Below are positions 18,975-29,019 of a stretch of DNA of 51,644 nt, one piece after another. Source of the stretch: an uncultured Actinomycetes bacterium. GTDB lineage: Bacteria; Actinomycetota; Actinomycetes; Nanopelagicales; Nanopelagicaceae. The stretch is taken from positions 1-51,644 of the forward strand of contig CAIMXQ010000084.1 of assembly GCA_903845465.1 (NCBI GenBank). Direction: 5' to 3'. The first letter of the stretch is position 1. Each line of letters opens with the position of its first letter. The translations under genes were made by a program, and so were the position numbers. The notes under the pieces are model-generated. The model saw only the letters and a list, made by a program, of their open reading frames with translations. It ran no database searches and was not told the origin of the DNA.

Positions 18975-19006
18975 AGTAAAAAGATTAGTGGTAATCAGTT
19001 AAGAAG

Positions 19007-20308
19007 TTAGGGATTGAGCACTCGAATATTTGAGGATGGCACAAAAGATTTCGTCAGCCGGCTACCGGCATTGAGAGGGATGTATCCATACCCGCTCTGG
19101 GATGAAATAAGCGCTGCTCCAAAAGTGCCTGCTGAGATTGCACTAAAACGTACAGAGCGAAGATTCGCAGGAGCCGTGAAGGTTGCAATATCCTGAGCAG
19201 AGATTGTTACGCTCTTCTGAGAACCATTTGTGTACGTCAGGTTGAGTTGCACCGATATGGAGTGGCCCGTAAAGACAAGCGTTGGTGATAATCCGGTTGT
19301 GGCCAAGGTGAATTCGGAGAGTGCATCTGCTGCCGTGCTCCAGACGAAGTCGCTCTTTCCGTTAGAAATCGTCTTCGAAAATACAGATGCCAGTATTGGC
19401 TGATCAGAGCTAATGTGCAATGCAAATTTTCCCGATGCCATCGTAATATCCATTGGAATTTCTATGACCTTCTTATGTGCAACCGTGATTCCATCTATTC
19501 CTATTGGCGAGAATGTGCCATCAGCTGATCGAATTTCCGCCGATATACGCGCATCCACATCTCCGGGGATGAGAATTCTCAGAGTATGTGGTGTCGAAGT
19601 TTTCTTACCTGTCTGCTGGGGAATCCCTGGAATTTGAATTGACTTCGTTGGATTTCCTGTTGCATTGACCAGATCTCCACCTAGCGCGTGTAAACCTTTT
19701 CCACGTTCGTCGACTACAAATCCATTAACTCGACCCGATCGTGTCAAGAGATGGATTGCAATTGCCTTTGCTCCGGGTGCGAGTGTGGGAAGTGCAATCT
19801 GTTGATATGAATTAGCTTTCAAAGATATTAACTGGGGGTTTAGCTGTGCTTTCTCAGTGAAGACTGTCACCTCGACAAGAGCTCTGCCTAAACCGCTGTT
19901 GACGAGATTGAGTGAACCTTTGGATGTGATATCTGCAGTTGCGCCAATAAACCATTGAGATGCAACCGGTGAACTGCATGGGACTGCACCGGCCCACACG
20001 CCCGTGCGAATTTGCCAGGCAATAGGTGTAACTGACCCAGCTTCAATAACTGCAGCTTGCGAAGCGAGTGCGTACCGTGAAAATCCAACTGGCGAATTCG
20101 CCATAGAGTTTGTACCAGTTTTGCGAGCCATTGTTTTCTGTGAAGTAAGTGAAATAGCTGTCGTTAAATAAGCGGTATTAGGTGGGCATACAACTGCAGG
20201 GTAAGACTCATTGAATCTATTCGTTGAAACAGTCTGGTCTAACACATTGCTGAGAAGGATTATTGAAGCTGTTGCAACCAGAAGTGAAAGTAGGCGTTGA
20301 TTCTTCAT
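19007..20308 (-). CDS. Exported beta-rich protein (DUF5719-like)
   Basis: N-terminal signal/TM, QWFIG..SLNLVN motif; ATGA-coupled to the GT2 gene. Confidence 0.72.
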   Translation of the reverse strand: MKNQRLLSLLVATASIILLSNVLDQTVSTNRFNESYPAVVCPPNTAYLTTAISLTSQKTMARKTGTNSMANSPVGFSRYALASQAAVIEAGSVTPIAWQIRTGVWAGAVPCSSPVASQWFIGATADITSKGSLNLVNSGLGRALVEVTVFTEKAQLNPQLISLKANSYQQIALPTLAPGAKAIAIHLLTRSGRVNGFVVDERGKGLHALGGDLVNATGNPTKSIQIPGIPQQTGKKTSTPHTLRILIPGDVDARISAEIRSADGTFSPIGIDGITVAHKKVIEIPMDITMASGKFALHISSDQPILASVFSKTISNGKSDFVWSTAADALSEFTLATTGLSPTLVFTGHSISVQLNLTYTNGSQKSVTISAQDIATFTAPANLRSVRFSAISAGTFGAALISSQSGYGYIPLNAGSRLTKSFVPSSNIRVLNP

Positions 20309-23300
20309 GCGAGCACCGAATTTGATATCTCACTCTTGCGTCGCCCAGATGGAAGCGCAAGCACGACTACGGTTACTAGGACGATGATAAAGAATGAAAT
20401 CCATCCTCTTCGCAGAGTTCCATCATGGTAGATAGAGATATCGCCGCCAGTTGTTACTTCAAAAGTTGGAAGTCCATTTATATCTCTGACCTTTTGAAGG
20501 TGATAACCGTTTTGCATGATCTGCCAAGAACCGCTGTAACTTTCGGTCAGCGTAATAGATCCTGGGCCAGGTACATAAGTACGGACACCTATAAATGGCA
20601 AGATGCTTACTTTGCCGGAATAGTCAGTGTAAATAATATGTCCAGTATCTTGCATCACGCGCCAAACAATTCCTGCGCTGGTCGATGAAGCTCTGCTAAA
20701 TCCACCCAATCCATCAATTATCTGTGCAACTTTTACATCTACAGGGCTCTTGAGAAAAACATACTTGATCCCATACGTTGCAAGAACTTTGCTCGATGAG
20801 ACTCCTGTGTTATCTATTAAACCTTCTATTGCAGCTGTAATCTCTGACGTATCTCTGGGTACAAGGTCAGTATCGCCGAGCGTTATTTGACGTCCTCTTG
20901 AAATGTAATATGAAATCGCTATTTCACCGTTGTGGTTATAGGGGCGCAACACAACAGTCTTAGCATCTTTCTCTATCGATAGAAATGCTGGAAGCACTTG
21001 CGTAGAGGATGTACGAAGCGGTGAATTTGCACCTGCGCTGACTAGCCAGAAGATTGATGTCGAAGTGTAAATAACCGTAACTGCCAAGATTGCCGCAACA
21101 GAGATGTGACGGAAATTTATATTTGATTGTTCAAGTCGTGTGCGAATTTTGTCGAACATAACAACTGCAGCAGTTATCGAGAGCAAGGTTGCAACCGCAA
21201 TAAAGGTTCCAGCGAAAGCTCGTGATGATTCTGCCGAGCCATTTCCATTCACAACAAGGGAGCTAAAGAGAGTTCCGCCTAGTAGGAAAACCAGGCCGAG
21301 CGTTGAGAATTTCCGCGCCGCGGTGGATGAGAAATATGTGACAAAGAGAATGACTGTAATCGGGCTAACGCACCACCATGGGAGCGAACCTGGTCCACCT
21401 GGGTTTGCAGTCAGTGCAAGGTTTGGTCCGCCACCCGATAGTGAAAATCCAATTTCTCCCCATGACTGTGTTGGATGTACGAAGAGCGAGAATGATGCTG
21501 GGGCTGAGAGCAGGATCGGTGTAATGATGAGAGTCATGCGTCGAGTAAGTCGTTCAAGGAAGAGGTGATCGCGGAAATTCCTATTTAACGTCATGAAATC
21601 TTTAGAAATCGTAAAGGCAACACCCAAGCCTATGATCAAGAGGACCGATGGGTTAAAGGCGAAGAGAACCCAGATAAAAAGTGAGTAGGCAAAGATGCTT
21701 CGCCAAGATCGGTTTTCGATATCAATCCACTGCCTTAGGGTGCCAATAAAAAATGGAAGCAAGGAAAGAAAGAGCACGACTCCTATTCGTCCTGAATTTA
21801 TTGCAGCTACTGAAACTGGCGATAATGCATAGAGCGCTGCCGCGCCCGCAGAGAGCCATCTATTAGAGGTATACCGTGATAAATACCTGTGCGATGTGAA
21901 GAGCATGACAAATGGTGCTGCGAGAAAGAACAGGGTAATAAATAGTGCGATATTTCCTAGAGTCACTACAGATGCGACAAGAAGTAGCAAAGTCCATACA
22001 GGAGTAGATAACCCGCTCCCCATTCCTATGTCATGCCAACTTGAAAGGTATAACTTTATAAATTCCTTGTAATGATGCGGTGATTGTGCAAGCCCTCCGC
22101 CTGAAATGGGACCCACGCGATGACGTGCCCAAAAAGCAGTGAGTACTGCAATAAGTGTTACTGCAGCGATCAGAGGCCGCTTGAAAATCGTTTTCCACGA
22201 TTGTACGGATACAGGTGTAAGTAAATCTTCATCCTCATTGATGCTCAAATCGCTGACAACTGGAGCGGAATCACGATTGCGCTGAGGTAAAGCAAATTCG
22301 CGAAAGCGATCGACATTGCGGGCAATCGCACTTCGAAGTTGCATAAGTCGCGGGGGGATGAATTCCTGCACCACGCGGCTTGATACCAAGCGGTGCTTCT
22401 TTCGCAATTTTCTTGCAGCGATAAGTTCTGCTGGATGGATCAGAAGTGTGGCTACTGCAAGAAGCTCATCACTTGCATAGCCGGGCAATTTTGCAAAGAG
22501 GTAACCGACTGCACGGACGAGAGCGCCAAAGAGTAATTGCATTGCAATCCATGGAAGAGTCCAGAGACTTGAATTGGCAAGCAGAACATAAGCAGCATTT
22601 TGGCGATCGAGTAAGAGTGGGCGATGAAGGAGCGCCCCTTTGACATCGATTGTTCGACGTTCAGTTGAAGCGGCTTGTGCGTGGTAGCCGATTGCATCGG
22701 TCACTGCGATTACTGAATGGCCAGCAACGCGAACTCGCCATCCAAAGTCCACATCATCGCGGAAGAGTTCGAGGTTTTTATCGAATCCCCCAAGTTCTTC
22801 AAAGACATCGCGACGAATCAATGCACCTGCAGTACTTACTGAGAGAACTTCATTGATTCCATCTCGTTGACCTTGGTCATACTCGGAACTTTCCAAACCT
22901 GTCCAGCGAGCACCATTAGAACCAATACTGATTCCGGCTTCAAGGAGATGTGACTTGTCGTGCCAACCTAATAATTTTGGCCCTGCCATAACCACATTAG
23001 GTCTATCTTCAATTGAAGCAAGAAGTGCTTCAAGTGCACCCGGGTGCAGAAGACAATCATCATGAAGAATCCAGAGCCATTCTTCAACTCCCTCAATCAT
23101 TGAAGGGAGTTGTTCTACACCTCTGGCAATTGCTGCACCAAAACCGGCATCACGTTCGAGAGTAATTGTTGGGATGCGAGCGCCCTTAAGTAATTTAGGT
23201 GATGCATCAATTGAACCTGTGTCGATTGCAACAATACGATCGGCGGTATGCGTTTGTGACGTTATCGATGCAACAACTTCAGGCAGCCACGTTGCTCCAT

Positions 23301-23340
23301 CATGGACAACGAGAAGTGCAGAAACGCGCTGCGAACTCAT
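20305..23340 (-). CDS. Large GT2 glycosyltransferase with multi-TM C-terminal region
   Basis: VVHDGATWL, DTGS.D, WILHDD, FRDDVDFGWR followed by many TM helices. Confidence 0.9.
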   Translation of the reverse strand: MSSQRVSALLVVHDGATWLPEVVASITSQTHTADRIVAIDTGSIDASPKLLKGARIPTITLERDAGFGAAIARGVEQLPSMIEGVEEWLWILHDDCLLHPGALEALLASIEDRPNVVMAGPKLLGWHDKSHLLEAGISIGSNGARWTGLESSEYDQGQRDGINEVLSVSTAGALIRRDVFEELGGFDKNLELFRDDVDFGWRVRVAGHSVIAVTDAIGYHAQAASTERRTIDVKGALLHRPLLLDRQNAAYVLLANSSLWTLPWIAMQLLFGALVRAVGYLFAKLPGYASDELLAVATLLIHPAELIAARKLRKKHRLVSSRVVQEFIPPRLMQLRSAIARNVDRFREFALPQRNRDSAPVVSDLSINEDEDLLTPVSVQSWKTIFKRPLIAAVTLIAVLTAFWARHRVGPISGGGLAQSPHHYKEFIKLYLSSWHDIGMGSGLSTPVWTLLLLVASVVTLGNIALFITLFFLAAPFVMLFTSHRYLSRYTSNRWLSAGAAALYALSPVSVAAINSGRIGVVLFLSLLPFFIGTLRQWIDIENRSWRSIFAYSLFIWVLFAFNPSVLLIIGLGVAFTISKDFMTLNRNFRDHLFLERLTRRMTLIITPILLSAPASFSLFVHPTQSWGEIGFSLSGGGPNLALTANPGGPGSLPWWCVSPITVILFVTYFSSTAARKFSTLGLVFLLGGTLFSSLVVNGNGSAESSRAFAGTFIAVATLLSITAAVVMFDKIRTRLEQSNINFRHISVAAILAVTVIYTSTSIFWLVSAGANSPLRTSSTQVLPAFLSIEKDAKTVVLRPYNHNGEIAISYYISRGRQITLGDTDLVPRDTSEITAAIEGLIDNTGVSSSKVLATYGIKYVFLKSPVDVKVAQIIDGLGGFSRASSTSAGIVWRVMQDTGHIIYTDYSGKVSILPFIGVRTYVPGPGSITLTESYSGSWQIMQNGYHLQKVRDINGLPTFEVTTGGDISIYHDGTLRRGWISFFIIVLVTVVVLALPSGRRKSEISNSVLA

Positions 23341-23388
23341 AAGGGAAACTTATCGTTTGAAACTGTGAGGTAGGCGAAGAGCCTGCAA

Positions 23389-23703
23389 TTACGCAGGGCG
23401 ACGCTTTAGGCGACGACGCTCACGTTCGGAGAGACCGCCCCAAATACCGAAACGCTCATCATGAGCGAGTGCATATTCAAGACACTCTTGGCGAACTTCG
23501 CACGAGAGGCAGACACGCTTTGCTTCGCGGGTTGAACCGCCCTTTTCAGGAAAGAAAGCTTCAGGATCTGTCTGAGCGCAGAGTGAGCGCTCTTGCCAGG
23601 AGAGTTCAATATTCTCTCCGCTAGCTAGTTGGATAGTTGGTCCAGCAGTGGGGGCTGATGGCTTGCCAGTTGATGTTCCTTCTGGGCGGATTGGCATTCG
23701 CAA
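23389..23703 (-). CDS. whiB2: WhiB2/WhmD cell-division regulator
   Basis: WQERSLCAQTDPEAFFPEKGGSTREAK, GIWGGLSERERR; TTG start after SD GAGGAG. Confidence 0.95.
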   Translation of the reverse strand: MRMPIRPEGTSTGKPSAPTAGPTIQLASGENIELSWQERSLCAQTDPEAFFPEKGGSTREAKRVCLSCEVRQECLEYALAHDERFGIWGGLSERERRRLKRRPA

Positions 23704-23758
23704 ATCTCCTCAAGTCATTAGGGGGTACTTCGGTATGAAGTACGTTCTCTAGGTATGA

Positions 23759-23787
23759 ATTACACCCGTGTAATCCCTCTGAGTCAA
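23759..23787 (-). promoter_or_regulatory. whiB2 promoter TTGACT-N17-TGTAAT with palindrome ATTACAC-N2-GTGTAAT
   Basis: -35 at 23787-23782, -10 at 23764-23759, perfect 7-bp-arm palindrome at 23759-23774. Confidence 0.75.
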
Positions 23788-23836
23788 CCCCAAGGTTGAG
23801 ACTTTCGCATAAAAATGCGCTGAATCTGGCTATTTT

Positions 23837-24793
23837 TTAGAGTGATATCGGTAAATCAAGCTTTTTCGAGAGGTAATGGCCGCTTTTTATCGTTCCCGGC
23901 GCAATCTCGGTGCCATGTGCAATGAAGCAGTGGGTCAGATGCGCATCCATGCCAATCGATACGCCATTGCCGATGATGCAATCATCGAGAGTGACCCCTG
24001 AAGCAATTGTGCAGCCGCTGCCGATAGATGAGCCGCCCGTGATCGCCGCAGTTGGCGCAATAGTGGTACCTGGCATTGCATGAAAATCACCATCAATCAG
24101 ATCGCGAGATCCTTTGAATAAGGCAGCGGGTGTACCTACATCGAGCCAATAGGACTGCTCTTTATAACCGAATACTGGACGACCGCTTTCGACAAGAGCT
24201 GGGAAAGTTTCACGTTCAACGCTGATAACTTTTCCTAGCGGTATCTGATTTATGACTGCGGCGCTAAATACATAGCATCCTGCATTGATGGAATTAGTTA
24301 CTGGGTTATCCATCTTCTCAAGAAATGCAGTTACTCGGCCATCTTTATCAGTAGGCACACATCCAAAGGCACGCGCATCTTCCACATCAATTAAATGAAG
24401 TGTGGCATCTGCCTTCTTTGCCTCGTGAAATGCAATTTGATCAGCAATTGAGTGGCGGCTTAAAACATCACCATTGAAGATCACAATTGGTTCATCGCCG
24501 CCAAGTAGCTGTGCAGCATTGGCAATTGCTCCACCGGTGCCGAGTGGCTCTTTCTCTACTGCATAGAGAATCTTCATCCCCCACTTACTTCCATCTCCGA
24601 AGTACGGAGTGAAAATTTCTGCAAGATACGACGTCGCTAATACCAAGGTGTGAATTCCAGCCTTCTTCGCTGCAAGAATTTGATGCTCAGTTACAGGAAG
24701 GCCAGCAACGGGCAACATAGGTTTTGGGTATTCGTCCGTCAGTGGTTTTAGTCGTGTACCGAAGCCACCGACTAAGAGAATTCCGGTTGCCAC
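23837..24793 (-). CDS. manC: Mannose-1-phosphate guanylyltransferase (NDP-sugar synthase)
   Basis: LVGGFGTRLKPLT..PKPML, EPLGTGG, NGD, WLDVGTP, hexapeptide tail. Confidence 0.9.
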   Translation of the reverse strand: MATGILLVGGFGTRLKPLTDEYPKPMLPVAGLPVTEHQILAAKKAGIHTLVLATSYLAEIFTPYFGDGSKWGMKILYAVEKEPLGTGGAIANAAQLLGGDEPIVIFNGDVLSRHSIADQIAFHEAKKADATLHLIDVEDARAFGCVPTDKDGRVTAFLEKMDNPVTNSINAGCYVFSAAVINQIPLGKVISVERETFPALVESGRPVFGYKEQSYWLDVGTPAALFKGSRDLIDGDFHAMPGTTIAPTAAITGGSSIGSGCTIASGVTLDDCIIGNGVSIGMDAHLTHCFIAHGTEIAPGTIKSGHYLSKKLDLPISL

Positions 24794-25870
24794 TTATGCG
24801 CCCACTTTTGCATGAATGCGGCGAGCTGCATCGTGTATCTGCGCATCCGTTGCTGTCATTGCTATGCGGATATGGCGTGAACCTAGCTGGCCGTAGAAAA
24901 CCCCCGGAGTTGCAATGATTCCGAGTTCTGCAAGCCAGGCAACAGAATCCCAAGAATTTTCATTACGAGTAGCCCATATGTAGAGACCTGCTTCAGAACT
25001 ATCGATTGTGAAGCCAGCGGCGACAAGTGCGGGAACAAGTGTTGCGCGGCGTGCGTTATATCGAGCACGTTGTTCGGCTACATGCGACTCATCAGAGAGA
25101 GCAGCAACCATCGCCTTCTGAACAGGAAGTGGAACCATCATCCCTGCATGTTTACGAACTTCGAGGATCTTTGCAATAAGCACAGGGTCTCCCACAAGGT
25201 ATGCGCCACGATATCCAGCCATAGATGATCTCTTTGAGAGCGAGTACACACCTAAAATGTTGGAGTTATCTCCATCTGTGTACTGCAAAATTGAAGTTGG
25301 CTGAACGGAATCTCCAAATTCCAGATAACACTCATCTGAAACAACAACACTATTATTTTTGCGAGCCCATGCGATTGCGCTACGGAACTCAGCCTCGGAA
25401 TGCACGCGCCCTGTTGGATTTGATGGCGAGTTAACCCACGCCATATCTGCAGCTGGCCATTGTGATGCATCGAGATTTACCGCAGTTGCATCTGCTTCTG
25501 CAAGGAGCGCACCAACTAAATAAGTCGGATACGCGACATCGGGATACACCACACTTTGAGCTTCGATGAATGTCGGTAGCCAAGCGACAAATTCTTTTGA
25601 CCCTATGAGGGGCAAGACAGCAAAATCACCTGATACTCCAAGAGTTTTCTTTGCCCATACAGTTATTGCTTCGCGAAGTTCTGGAGTTCCGATTGTGACT
25701 GGATAACCAGGTGAATTTGATGCTTCACGAAATACACTTTGAATAAATTCGGGGGTGGGATCTACAGGTGTTCCAACAGATAAATCAATTGCGCCTTGAG
25801 GATGGGTGCGAGCAATTGCGCCATATGGCGCGAGCGCATCCCACGGAAAATCAGGAAGTTTTTGGCGCAA
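24794..25870 (-). CDS. dapC: N-succinyldiaminopimelate aminotransferase
   Basis: LPDFPWD, DLSVGTPVDP, IGSKE, SDECY, SLSKRS; follows fdxA. Confidence 0.92.
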   Translation of the reverse strand: MRQKLPDFPWDALAPYGAIARTHPQGAIDLSVGTPVDPTPEFIQSVFREASNSPGYPVTIGTPELREAITVWAKKTLGVSGDFAVLPLIGSKEFVAWLPTFIEAQSVVYPDVAYPTYLVGALLAEADATAVNLDASQWPAADMAWVNSPSNPTGRVHSEAEFRSAIAWARKNNSVVVSDECYLEFGDSVQPTSILQYTDGDNSNILGVYSLSKRSSMAGYRGAYLVGDPVLIAKILEVRKHAGMMVPLPVQKAMVAALSDESHVAEQRARYNARRATLVPALVAAGFTIDSSEAGLYIWATRNENSWDSVAWLAELGIIATPGVFYGQLGSRHIRIAMTATDAQIHDAARRIHAKVGA

Positions 25871-26171
25871 GAGCCGTTACATCTGCATGGTCGGTATTAG
25901 TCTCGCCGACCTTGGATGCTCCCCCAGGTGAACCGAGTTCGATAAAGAATTCAGTATTGATCTTCTTATAACCCTGCCACTGTCCTGGAACATCATCTTC
26001 ATAATAAATAGCTTCGACAGGACATACAGGTTCACAGGCTCCGCAATCGACGCATTCGTCGGGCTGGATGTAGAGCATGCGGGTTCCGTCGTAGATGCAA
26101 TCGACTGGGCACTCTTCGCGGCATGACTTATCTTTAACATCGACGCAAGGTTCAGCGATTACATATGTCAC
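25851..26171 (-). CDS. fdxA: 7Fe ferredoxin
   Basis: MTYVIAEPCVDVKD..C..ECPVDCIY, CVDCGACEPVCP; SD GGAGG. Confidence 0.96.
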   Translation of the reverse strand: MTYVIAEPCVDVKDKSCREECPVDCIYDGTRMLYIQPDECVDCGACEPVCPVEAIYYEDDVPGQWQGYKKINTEFFIELGSPGGASKVGETNTDHADVTALAPKTS

Positions 26172-26253
26172 GAAGATTCCTCCATAAGACTTAGAAACGG
26201 TAGGCGGTAATTCTAACCCTGCGGGAGCGCCCTTGCACGATTATGGTTAACAC

Positions 26254-27840
26254 ATGGCCGCCATGAGTTTGCGCACTCAGCTTTCGATAGCCTTTGGCAA
26301 GCGGGTGACAATCAGGCTTGGCAATAGCGATGGCACCTTCAGCGATATTGTCGGCGTTTTACAGAGTGAGACCAGCCTGCTAAACCGTCGCTCAGAAACT
26401 ATTCACTTCAATCCAGACGATGTTGTTGCCTTCCGAGTAATCCCAGTCTTCAATCGCCGCGACCACTCGTCTGGTCAGCTTTCGATCTACGACACCATGA
26501 CGCGGACGGTACAGAGAATTGAAGGAACTAACGGTGCGGTAAGAATGTATTGCTGTGGGCCAACAGTCTATCGAGATGCCCATGTTGGAAATTTACGCAC
26601 CTTTCTCTTGGCTGACTTAATAAGCAGAACAATCCAGTTGACTGGCCTTGAAGTCAGGCTCATTCAAAATATTACCGATGTTGGACATATGGCAGATGAT
26701 TTCGAAGGTCAAGATAAATTACTTCAAGAGTCTGCAAAGACGCAGATTGATCCTTTTGAAATTGCCCGCACTTATGAATCACATTTTCATACTGATACTT
26801 CACTTCTCAACATCATTCCTGCCGATGCCTATCCACGCGCATCAGAGACTATGCCCGGCATGATTGCATCAATCACTCGACTTATCGAAAGCAAGAATGC
26901 ATATGTCGGTACCGATGGTTCGGTCTACTTCGATGCAACATCATTTCCCACATACGGAGCACTCAGTGGCAACAGACTTGATGCTCTCAAGCCCGGTCAC
27001 AGATATGAATTTACAGATGAGGGCGGAAAGAGATTTCATGCAGATTGGGCGCTCTGGAAATTGGCAGGTGCGCGCACACAAATGATTTGGGATTCACCAT
27101 GGGGTCCCGGTTTTCCAGGATGGCATATCGAGTGCACGGCGATGTCGATTGATCTGCTTGATTCTCACGTCGATCTCCACGTGGGCGGAATTGATTTGAG
27201 ATTTCCCCATCATGAAAATGAACGAGCGCAATCAAATTCACTGACTCATAACGAAACAGTTACTACGTGGGTTCATGGCGAACACCTTCTCTTTGAAGGT
27301 AGGAAGATGTCGAAGAGTGCAGGAAATGTTGTTCTACTCTCCGACATTATCGCCCGCGGTCTGGATCCACTGGCGCTGCGTTTTACCTTTCTTGAAAATC
27401 GCTACCGCTCGCAGATGGATCTGAGTTGGGCATCTCTTGAAGCCGGAAATTCGACTTTGAAGCGATGGCGCAAGATGCTTGCAGAGGCTGGAACAGGTAG
27501 CGATTGTAAATTTGACCAAGAGATAAGTGATGCCTTCACGACAGATCTTGACACACCTCGCGCAATGCAGAGATTGCGAACCATCGAGAAAGATATGACC
27601 ATCGGCGCCTTAGATAAGCGCGCGCTCTTTCTCTTTGCAGATCAAGTTCTCGGTTTAGATTTAGATCGTATCCCAGAAGAAAAACCCATCACATCAGAAT
27701 TGCAGATTCTCATTACGCAACGTGCACGGGCCCGTGCAGATAAAGATTGGGCGGCCAGTGATGCGTTACGAGACCAACTCGATGCTGCAGGAATTGAAGT
27801 CAGTGATGGTGTTGATGGACAGAGTTGGCGTTGGAAATAA
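26254..27840 (+). CDS. cysS: Cysteine--tRNA ligase with about 70-aa N-terminal extension
   Basis: CGPTVY..AHVGN, NITDVGH, PGWHIEC, FPHHENE, KMSKS, and C-terminal anticodon-binding R..KDW..SD.LRD; TATGGT-6nt-ATG. Confidence 0.93.
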   Translation: MAAMSLRTQLSIAFGKRVTIRLGNSDGTFSDIVGVLQSETSLLNRRSETIHFNPDDVVAFRVIPVFNRRDHSSGQLSIYDTMTRTVQRIEGTNGAVRMYCCGPTVYRDAHVGNLRTFLLADLISRTIQLTGLEVRLIQNITDVGHMADDFEGQDKLLQESAKTQIDPFEIARTYESHFHTDTSLLNIIPADAYPRASETMPGMIASITRLIESKNAYVGTDGSVYFDATSFPTYGALSGNRLDALKPGHRYEFTDEGGKRFHADWALWKLAGARTQMIWDSPWGPGFPGWHIECTAMSIDLLDSHVDLHVGGIDLRFPHHENERAQSNSLTHNETVTTWVHGEHLLFEGRKMSKSAGNVVLLSDIIARGLDPLALRFTFLENRYRSQMDLSWASLEAGNSTLKRWRKMLAEAGTGSDCKFDQEISDAFTTDLDTPRAMQRLRTIEKDMTIGALDKRALFLFADQVLGLDLDRIPEEKPITSELQILITQRARARADKDWAASDALRDQLDAAGIEVSDGVDGQSWRWK

Positions 27841-28152
27841 TTAAATCCGTTGAAATACTGCTGCAAGCCCAGCGATAAAACCGATTGTTAAGAGAGCGCT
27901 CCCAGAAGAATCACCTTGAATGAGTAGTTCATGGCCGACGCCGAAAGACCCTGCCTTGGCGATGACACAAAACCATCCCCCAAGTGCTGCAACTTTGTAG
28001 CGACGCTTTCCGAAGTAACGCCCTGTCCACCAGATTGCAAGGTATGTCGCAATGATTGCAATAACAACGCCTAACGGAGGTAGCGTTTGATGAATCAACG
28101 TTGCGGCAATTGCGGTTATTGCACCAAAAATCAGTGAAAATACAGCTTTCAT
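27841..28152 (-). CDS. Small membrane protein (DUF6113-like)
   Basis: Four hydrophobic segments; directly downstream of mshB. Confidence 0.7.
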   Translation of the reverse strand: MKAVFSLIFGAITAIAATLIHQTLPPLGVVIAIIATYLAIWWTGRYFGKRRYKVAALGGWFCVIAKAGSFGVGHELLIQGDSSGSALLTIGFIAGLAAVFQRI

Positions 28153-29019
28153 TTAGAGAGAAATACCTGCGAAGAGATCTGTCTCGTGTCCTTGTGCATC
28201 ATATGGTTCATGCTTGGTGCCTTTAACAAGTGTGTAGTACTCAAATCCCCATACTTGAAGTCCCAAATTATTTGAGAGAGCGAAGAATGGACCGTCGACT
28301 TCAATTTGAGTCGCATGCGCACGCATCGCGTCCATCTTCTGATTCACATAGGTATTTCCATCAATGCGAGCGTGGACAAAAGAATCATCTTTTGCAAATG
28401 GAAGGTCATCTGCACTTTCTGCACCCATAAAGTCCGAGCCAATCTTCTTCATGGCATCGATTCCTTCTTGGATGACAGATTTAGGCATCACGTTCCAATA
28501 GATTTTAGAGATATCCCATGTCGACTTTTCTGAGGCTGCCATTGCAACTCGATGCGCTTGAATATGATCTGGATGGCCATATCCCCCAATTTCATCGTAG
28601 GTAATTAATACATGGGGCTTTACTTCATCGATTACCTTCACCAAATGTTCTGTTGCTTCATCAAAATTTGCGTTCCAGAAAGTATCGGGACGATTATTTG
28701 GTTCTGTGCCCATCATTCCGCTATCGCGGTATTTGGTAACTCCGTCGCCTAAGAAGCGATGGTCAGCGATCCCGAGCGCTCTCATTGCTACTGCTAGTTC
28801 TTCTACGCGATGGTCTCCGAGCATATCGCTCTGATGCGCAGCGAGATGGGCAAGGTCAGGTACAAGTACCTCACCCTCTTCGCCGCGCGTACATGTCACT
28901 AAAGTTACTTCGGCGCCAAGGGCTGCATACATCGCCATTGTGCTTCCGTTATTGATGGTCTCGTCATCAGGGTGAGCATGCACGAGCAGCATGCGATAGC
29001 CCTTATATGAATTTTTCAT
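28153..29019 (-). CDS. mshB: GlcNAc-Ins deacetylase (mycothiol biosynthesis)
   Basis: VHAHPDDE, TRGEEGE, YRDSGMMG, YGHPDH, FFALSNN. Start corrected to MKNSYK (TAATG overlap with moeZ). Confidence 0.93.
   Translation of the reverse strand: MKNSYKGYRMLLVHAHPDDETINNGSTMAMYAALGAEVTLVTCTRGEEGEVLVPDLAHLAAHQSDMLGDHRVEELAVAMRALGIADHRFLGDGVTKYRDSGMMGTEPNNRPDTFWNANFDEATEHLVKVIDEVKPHVLITYDEIGGYGHPDHIQAHRVAMAASEKSTWDISKIYWNVMPKSVIQEGIDAMKKIGSDFMGAESADDLPFAKDDSFVHARIDGNTYVNQKMDAMRAHATQIEVDGPFFALSNNLGLQVWGFEYYTLVKGTKHEPYDAQGHETDLFAGISL

Noticed and set aside
26254-27840. MshC (mycothiol ligase) call because mshB is adjacent
   Set aside because: Has CGPTVY and a C-terminal anticodon-binding domain, and lacks the MshC CGITPY/ERGGDP motifs.
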